Shown here in pieces: positions 63,001-64,000 of a stretch of DNA of 64,000 bases. The translations under genes were made by a program, and so were the position numbers. How positions within the stretch are numbered: the stretch's first letter is position 1; the number at the start of each line of letters is the position of its first letter. This DNA comes from Negaprion brevirostris (Eukaryota). The stretch lies in the NCBI GenBank assembly GCA_030324005.1, contig JARDVH010000084.1, positions 53,032,666 through 53,096,665 on the forward strand, written 5' to 3'. The notes under the pieces are model-generated. The model was not told the DNA's origin. It worked only from the letters and a program-made list of their open reading frames with translations, and searched no databases.

Positions 63001-63959
63001 CAGGTCCCCGGCACCGTGAGGCAGCAAAGCTAACCACTGTGCCACCGTGCCATCCTGTCATTCTGTACAGAATGTCATTCTGAACTTTTGAATTTGTAAT
63101 ATATAACATAACAGAAAAACCCAAGCTACACGTACTGTGCTTTTCAACTAATTGTACATATTTTCAGAATGAATCTGAATTAGTCTTTTGGTACCTAATG
63201 CCACATTTGTGTTGATTACCCTCCTGGACTATCTTTGGGAGTCTCCAGGAATGGAAAAATCACCCAAATGTCATGTGATCATGTCACATGATTGACCCAT
63301 CAGGAATATGTTTAAGCAAGTTTGGTAATCCTGTGCTAGGAGTGGACCAGACACAGAGCTGGGATGAGAAAGCAGAATAAGCTCTTTTTTCACTGGTGCA
63401 GTGCGACTCACGTGAGCTAACATGTTGGGCCATTAATTCTCTGACCCCAGTTGTACCACTCGAGTAACAAACAGGCAACTGCAACCATAATACTCAATAT
63501 AGCATTACAACTACAAACTGCAGTGTAGAATTAATAATTATAAACAATTATATTTAATTGTAACTATATTATATTTACAATTATATTTGCAATTATAATT
63601 ATATTTACTTTTAATTTTTTTAAACTGCAAAATGAAATAAAATTTGCAAGGTGCTATGACATCTACTTGACTAACTGGAATTAAATGAGAAAGATGGTAA
63701 ATCTAGAAATGATATTCGTACTGGTATTTCCAGTTGTACCACTAGGGGGCATTATTTACCCAGTTTGAAGGAAGCAAACATATCCTTTTTATACCTTTAA
63801 TCAAATGCAACAGTAGCAGTAGCTTACCAATGATTCTCCCGTTCTTCAGCCATGTTAATGTAGGTGGAGGAATGCCAGTAGCATCACATGCAAAAGTGAC
63901 AGGGTTGCTAATGACCTCATTGATTTTTTCTTCTGCCAGACCTTCAATACTGGGTGGGA
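5990..63959 (-). CDS. HMCN1: Hemicentin-1, internal part of the gene: 25 coding exons, 14 Ig domains; the gene continues beyond both window ends
   Basis: Exons splice in frame (VPPSIEG...TWLKNG...GGSKLQIARSQ...GGNAILNCEV...VERSVTLTLQ) in the same order as the recalled human HMCN1 sequence. All visible junctions are GT-AG with consistent phases. Confidence 0.97.
6497..7143 (+). mobile_element. Probable solo LTR
   Basis: TG...CA bounded block with CCAAT-like (attgg) boxes, a TATA-like motif and aataaa; boundaries approximate. Confidence 0.35.
7338..7528 (-). CDS. HMCN1: HMCN1 exon X (191 nt) EPPIFDGDFNPNRIEPLGGNAILNCEVRGDPPPTIQWSKKG...NGSLAIYGTV
   Basis: cgcag acceptor, gtaag donor. Confidence 0.95.
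8506..8640 (-). CDS. HMCN1: HMCN1 exon W (135 nt) AQYDNINGHSKLVIEKVSKDDSGTYVCTAENKVGSIKAIGSVYVK
   Basis: tacag acceptor, gtgaa donor. Confidence 0.95.
8810..9250 (-). mobile_element. Old CR1 LINE 3' fragment
   Basis: Degenerate similarity to the reverse complement of the other CR1 3' ends in the window. Confidence 0.65.
9870..10083 (-). CDS. HMCN1: HMCN1 exon V (214 nt) PDDTGSYTCTATNVAG...[40 protein letters not shown]
   Basis: atcag acceptor, gtgag donor. Confidence 0.95.
10745..11071 (-). mobile_element. tRNA-derived SINE with LINE-shared tail (same family as 27206-27575)
   Basis: Box A/B-like head, central cagatggtgaaatttgaattc block, tail aataaatgctggcc...cccacatctcatgaatgaataaa. Confidence 0.8.
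11550..11945 (-). mobile_element. Deu-domain SINE (SacSINE1/AmnSINE-like)
   Basis: tRNA-like head with gttcaagtcc, core cttgctgtgtgcaaattggctgc, L2-type tail. Confidence 0.7.
12154..12344 (-). CDS. HMCN1: HMCN1 exon U (191 nt) IPPTIRTADTEYTVIEESQGTLPCTADGVPEPVLTWQKDG...GELIVENTT
   Basis: tacag acceptor, gtaag donor. Confidence 0.95.
13453..13701 (-). CDS. HMCN1: HMCN1 exon T, one full Ig domain VPPVIKPHPK[gap]MVCEAKG...VMVLTVH; internal N gap 13662-13671
   Basis: ttaag acceptor, gtgag donor. Confidence 0.94.
14115..15155. repeat. Low-complexity CA/CT-rich degenerate microsatellite tract with a short CR1 tail piece at ~14467-14570
   Basis: Runs of cacaca, ctctct and gtgc; source of the spurious His/Thr/Leu-rich ORFs. 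Confidence 0.85.
15348..15770 (-). mobile_element. Old CR1 LINE 3' fragment
   Basis: tctgccttcaccacactctcaggcagtgcattccagatc is the reverse complement of the WNxLP...VEA region. Confidence 0.75.
16082..16216 (-). CDS. HMCN1: HMCN1 exon S (135 nt) GGDYTVLPNGGLQITRAAVKDSGTYICVAQNPTGTALGKIKLRVQ
   Basis: tacag acceptor, gtaag donor. Confidence 0.95.
16352..16671 (-). mobile_element. HE1-type V-SINE
   Basis: tRNA head, V-domain gggtttcctccgggtgctctggtttcctcc, CR1-derived tail. Confidence 0.9.
16809..16946 (-). CDS. HMCN1: HMCN1 exon R (138 nt) EPPLIQTQPGNLDVILNNPIILPCEATGTPSPTITWQKEGISIYTA
   Basis: cccag acceptor, gtaaa donor. Confidence 0.95.
17394..17552 (-). mobile_element. Young CR1 3' end running into an N gap
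   Basis: (catagaa)n tail; near-identical to the reverse complement of 55510-55583. Confidence 0.85.
18378..18569. mobile_element. Penelope-derived palindromic element with 14-bp TSD
   Basis: 59-nt inverted arms at 18423-18481 and 18512-18570 (3 mismatches); TSD aagcttttacagga at 18364-18377 and 18570-18583. Confidence 0.85.
18495..18531 (+). ncRNA. Minimal type I hammerhead ribozyme motif (Penelope-type)
   Basis: UCAC CUGAAGA A GGAG-uagca-CUCU GAAA GC UC GUGA: helix I UCAC/GUGA, intact core boxes, palindromic AGCU helix III. Confidence 0.65.
19146..22374 (+). mobile_element. Decayed Gypsy LTR retrotransposon: LTRs ~19146-19375 and ~21899-22374, gag, protease, integrase zinc-finger relic
   Basis: Both LTRs end tgatgatgcttca; PBS tggcacc at 19379; PPT 21887-21898. 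gag ESIDSFINGLYFLAGSCEHAALKEEFIQ...LTLSKAVQLVRQAE; protease FWSADIRVNGH.TNFMSD/GAAMSIL; IIWPG near 21490. Confidence 0.85.
21968..22224 (+). mobile_element. Young CR1 inserted in the 3' LTR (middle collapsed in N gap)
   Basis: ORF2-like start (IIVTREVVLSRLEGL) and (ttcttatg)n tail. Confidence 0.85.
22797..22904 (-). CDS. HMCN1: HMCN1 exon Q (108 nt) GTIDISTAKLSHTGRYACIAKNAAGTARRQVNLRVQ
   Basis: ttcag acceptor, gtagg donor. Confidence 0.95.
23375..23530. mobile_element. Old Penelope-derived inverted-repeat element
   Basis: Degenerate fold-back centred on atttatcag-tt-ctgataaat; resembles 34785-34917. Confidence 0.45.
23561..23725 (-). CDS. HMCN1: HMCN1 exon P (165 nt) VPPSIADEATDLLVTKLSSAVITCTASGVPEPTIHWIKNGVKLPPRGEGYRILST
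   Basis: tttag acceptor, gtaat donor. Confidence 0.95.
24008..24782 (+). mobile_element. CR1 LINE 3' fragment nested in an older opposite-strand CR1 (~23795-24950)
   Basis: ALVRPHWEYC...LERVQRRFTRMIPGM...FSQRVVNLWN. Confidence 0.92.
25040..25195 (-). mobile_element. V-SINE, partial/older
   Basis: ctgtgggaggaaactgaagcacc...caaactcc...gctaacc. Confidence 0.75.
25668..25946 (-). mobile_element. HE1-type V-SINE
   Basis: Head and CR1-type tail, small internal deletion. Confidence 0.9.
26598..26719 (-). CDS. HMCN1: HMCN1 exon O (122 nt) LLSSGSLVIISPTVEDTGHYECKVSNYAGEDQRAIRLTVQ
   Basis: tgcag acceptor, gtagg donor. Confidence 0.95.
27095..27960 (+). mobile_element. CR1 3' end split by two SINEs: tRNA-SINE 27206-27575 (+) and partial V-SINE ~27625-27768 (-)
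   Basis: TRTRGHSLKI before the insertions; AVEAGSINIFK and the tail after them. Confidence 0.8.
29446..29602 (-). CDS. HMCN1: HMCN1 exon N (157 nt) VPPSIAADLNNITVLVNVQTTLACEATGIPKPTVSWSKNGRLLSTDQNQNMYR
   Basis: cctag acceptor, gtgat donor. Confidence 0.95.
29792..29921. mobile_element. Short Harbinger-type MITE
   Basis: Right end ggaaaatcctgccc; degenerate left end ggaggaaatattcc. Confidence 0.6.
30988..31115 (-). CDS. HMCN1: HMCN1 exon M (128 nt) YSFLDDGSLQIGSAQVTDTGRYLCMATNTAGTARKRIDVQVY
   Basis: actag acceptor, gtaaa donor. Confidence 0.95.
31672..32160 (-). mobile_element. Penelope-like element 3' fragment (GIY-YIG C-terminus plus degenerate hammerhead)
   Basis: E*HLIFQFVTIQHSGLNTEFNNF (compare EQHLIFRLGTLQPxGLN); ccgaaga...gaaatgtt on the minus strand at ~31727-31755. 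Confidence 0.75.
32215..35310 (-). mobile_element. Long decayed CR1 (ORF1 esterase end, endonuclease, RT, 3' end) with nested young CR1s at ~32608-32852 (+) and 34191-34440 (-)
   Basis: WCRTEGFRIL; YDVVATTDNWLKDAQDW; TRGEALLALVLGNE...HLGNSDH; VNDLD...ISIFEGDTKFG. Confidence 0.9.
34785..34917 (+). mobile_element. Penelope-derived short element with hammerhead core and 11-bp TSD
   Basis: CTGATGA 34784-34790, GAAACGTT 34811-34818; atcatattttc at 34774-34784 and 34918-34928. Confidence 0.8.
35410..35734 (+). mobile_element. HE1-type V-SINE, full length
   Basis: tggcacagtggttag box A, ggttcaaatcc box B, V-domain, gattctatg tail. Confidence 0.92.
35894..36038 (-). CDS. HMCN1: HMCN1 exon L (145 nt) VAPTIKEGPQTVTVHMNQPAVLNCSVGGVPAPQVTWRKDGAVLSTSNLR
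   Basis: tacag acceptor, gtcag donor. Confidence 0.94.
36428..36800. mobile_element. Degenerate non-autonomous DNA transposon (Harbinger-like)
   Basis: ttaagtggg/aattaa motifs shared with 37440-37930 and 57107-57851; ends unclear. Confidence 0.35.
37046..37187 (-). CDS. HMCN1: HMCN1 exon K (142 nt) ATPRLRILSSGRYLQINNAELADTALYTCVASNIAGKMTREFTVAVN
   Basis: tgcag acceptor, gtaag donor. Confidence 0.95.
37330..38335 (+). mobile_element. L2 LINE 3' end interrupted by a MITE-like block (~37440-37990)
   Basis: ITPVFIDLYWFLI ... WNSFSKP ... FKTHLKAYQFD (L2 ORF2 C-terminus) followed by an L2-type tail. Confidence 0.7.
38734..38870 (-). CDS. HMCN1: HMCN1 exon J (137 nt) VPPNIAGQSGPQDMAVLKNQQVILECKSDAVPPPTLTWLKDGKPLQ
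   Basis: tccag acceptor, gtaaa donor. Confidence 0.95.
39232..39870. mobile_element. Harbinger-type MITE with TIRs and AAT TSD
   Basis: gggttggattttcc (39233-39246) vs ggaaaatccagccc (39857-39870), 13/14 complementary; aat on both sides. Confidence 0.8.
40168..40645 (+). mobile_element. Young CR1 3' end (40168-40410) followed by the 3' end of a second LINE family (40415-40645)
   Basis: FFSQRVVNLWNSLP and tail; the second block shares its tail with the SINEs at 10745 and 27206 and recurs at 55741-55955. Confidence 0.85.
41302..41582 (+). mobile_element. Harbinger-type non-autonomous element end (runs into N gap)
   Basis: Aligns to the reverse complement of ~45560-45867. Confidence 0.7.
42500..43840 (-). 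mobile_element. Harbinger transposon relic encoding the Myb/SANT (NAIF1-like) partner protein
   Basis: APGFSNEWLQMLLNAVEDEKDVLY...AKWQ, then a second-exon-like block EREDKTG..PNL.FLTSFKEWASELA...CGDSEV; TIR-like ggaaaatcctgcc near 43826. Confidence 0.7.
44199..44280 (-). CDS. HMCN1: HMCN1 exon I (82 nt) VQHTGRYTCLASSTAGDDDREYLVRVH
   Basis: ggcag acceptor, gtaag donor. Confidence 0.95.
44812..46430 (-). mobile_element. CR1 3' fragment interrupted by a GC-rich Harbinger-type non-autonomous element (~45000-45867)
   Basis: CR1 sequence resumes at 45868 after the TIR-like ggagaatcccaccc. Confidence 0.8.
47146..47342 (-). CDS. HMCN1: HMCN1 exon H (197 nt) DPPHINGSNFTEETSVVVNNPLELRCIATGIPTPKLTWIKDGRPLPQTDAIHVLHNGEVLKIVNAQ
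   Basis: tgcag acceptor, gtgcac donor; not in the ORF track. Confidence 0.94.
47613..47910 (-). mobile_element. V-SINE with a different 3' tail (gcagtgttaatgtaagcc...aaataaact)
   Basis: Same head and V-domain as HE1; tail is not the CR1 gattctat type. Confidence 0.85.
48127..48405 (-). CDS. HMCN1: HMCN1 exon G (279 nt), one full Ig domain VPPRLDDAG...HFNLKVL
   Basis: tgtag acceptor, gtaag donor, phase 1/1. Confidence 0.95.
49463..49560 (-). CDS. HMCN1: HMCN1 exon F (98 nt) IVRTQMSDAGTYTCVASNRAGVDNKHYNLIVY
   Basis: tacag acceptor, gtgag donor. Confidence 0.95.
49865..51660 (-). mobile_element. Long old CR1 fragment
   Basis: 3' tail, FINNLSD and KAFGKL RT relics. Confidence 0.75.
51672..52002 (-). 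mobile_element. HE1-type V-SINE with an internal inverted duplication
   Basis: Head, V-domain and tail present; hairpin at 51717-51759. Confidence 0.9.
53178..54180 (+). mobile_element. Probable solo LTR interrupted by an HE1 SINE
   Basis: Starts tgtgatga; LTR-like composition; boundaries approximate. Confidence 0.45.
53618..53961 (-). mobile_element. HE1-type V-SINE
   Basis: (tcatagaa)n tail, V-domain, tRNA head. Confidence 0.92.
54875..55058 (-). CDS. HMCN1: HMCN1 exon E (184 nt) VPPTIHSNQKGSEELTTILDNSINIECVATGSPPPQLNWLKNGLPLPISSQIRLLSAGKVLR
   Basis: tttag acceptor, gttag donor. Confidence 0.95.
55313..56405. mobile_element. Young CR1 (+, 55313-55583, gapped) followed by an older CR1 (-, 55605-56405) with a nested LINE tail at 55741-55955
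   Basis: KGNYEAIRRELGSIGW ORF2 piece; (gttctat)n tail; reverse-strand CR1 3' end. Confidence 0.85.
56600..56965 (+). mobile_element. Degenerate Deu-domain SINE
   Basis: gatcttattgtgtacaaaattgcagctg core resembles 11550-11945. Confidence 0.55.
57107..57851. mobile_element. Harbinger-type MITE
   Basis: ggacagaatttta ... aaaaattctaccc imperfect TIRs. Confidence 0.65.
57985..58109 (-). CDS. HMCN1: HMCN1 exon D (125 nt) VSPDGSTLDINGTMTTDVGKYTCVATNSAGEEDRIFNLNVY
   Basis: ctcag acceptor, gtgag donor. Confidence 0.95.
58186..58555 (+). mobile_element. CR1 LINE 3' fragment
   Basis: LIEVYKIMR...FFTQRVVGAWNSLPGEVVEAG...FKRHLDKYM. Confidence 0.92.
59044..59365 (-). mobile_element. CR1 LINE 3' fragment
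   Basis: atgctttttaaaagacaaaattgta shared with 14523-14547. Confidence 0.85.
59450..60945 (+). mobile_element. Old CR1 ORF2 (RT region to tail)
   Basis: GIPGKVASWIQNWLSGR; GPLLFVAFFNEFD; KFVEDTKL. Confidence 0.88.
61435..61490 (-). CDS. HMCN1: HMCN1 exon C, partial: IPPNIFGAEMPSEVSVLLG; 3' part lost in N gap 61287-61434
   Basis: tacag acceptor; matches human VPPSVAGAEIPSDVSVLLG. Confidence 0.9.
61698..61824 (-). mobile_element. Penelope-derived element (family of 18378-18569) with a mutated hammerhead
   Basis: tctcacaacaccaggttaaagtccaacaggtttattt is identical to 18421-18457; minus strand reads CTGACGA...TAAA. Confidence 0.8.
62201..62350 (-). CDS. HMCN1: HMCN1 exon B (150 nt) ANAESLEMHILSGGSKLQIARSQLTDSGTYTCVASNVEGVAQKNYILTIQ
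   Basis: ttcag acceptor, gtatg donor; DxGxYxC motif. Confidence 0.95.
62752..63051 (-). mobile_element. HE1-type V-SINE
   Basis: Head, V-domain and CR1 tail. Confidence 0.92.
63828..63959 (-). CDS. HMCN1: HMCN1 exon A (132 nt) VPPSIEGLAEEKINEVISNPVTFACDATGIPPPTLTWLKNGRII
   Basis: tgcag acceptor, gtaag donor, phase 1/1; not in the ORF track. Confidence 0.95.
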
Positions 63960-64000
63960 CTGCATGAGAAATAGAGCAATTGAGCAGTGCAAAATTATAA

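Noticed and set aside
63530-63615. AT-rich repeated aattatattt units
   Set aside because: Simple low-complexity sequence.
5990-63959. HMCN2, titin or DSCAM-like identity, or a mutually exclusive exon array
   Set aside because: Peptides match HMCN1 in unique order and no duplicated alternative exons were seen.
1-64000. CRISPR array or prokaryotic defence/operon system
   Set aside because: No regularly spaced repeats and no dense ORFs; the sequence is a spliced vertebrate gene.

Overview
Eukaryotic genomic DNA, almost certainly from a shark or ray (HE1-type SINEs and CR1/HER1-type LINEs), from a gapped short-read-type scaffold. The whole window lies inside one large minus-strand gene, hemicentin-1 (HMCN1). 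I resolved 25 coding exons between 63959 and 5990. All visible junctions are GT-AG and splice in frame into 14 consecutive Ig domains that match the late Ig array of human HMCN1 as I recall it. Two exons are broken by N gaps. The introns are mostly transposon debris: CR1 and L2 LINEs, several SINE families, Penelope-derived pieces with minimal hammerhead ribozyme cores, Harbinger transposase, Myb-partner and MITE relics, and Gypsy LTR elements. The most unusual observation is a ~2.2 kb non-autonomous LTR element (2321-4506) whose interior appears to be a decayed, captured fragment of the host coiled-coil gene UACA instead of gag/pol. There is no evidence for a prokaryotic-type system. All homology calls are by eye and from memory of the protein families; no database searches were run.
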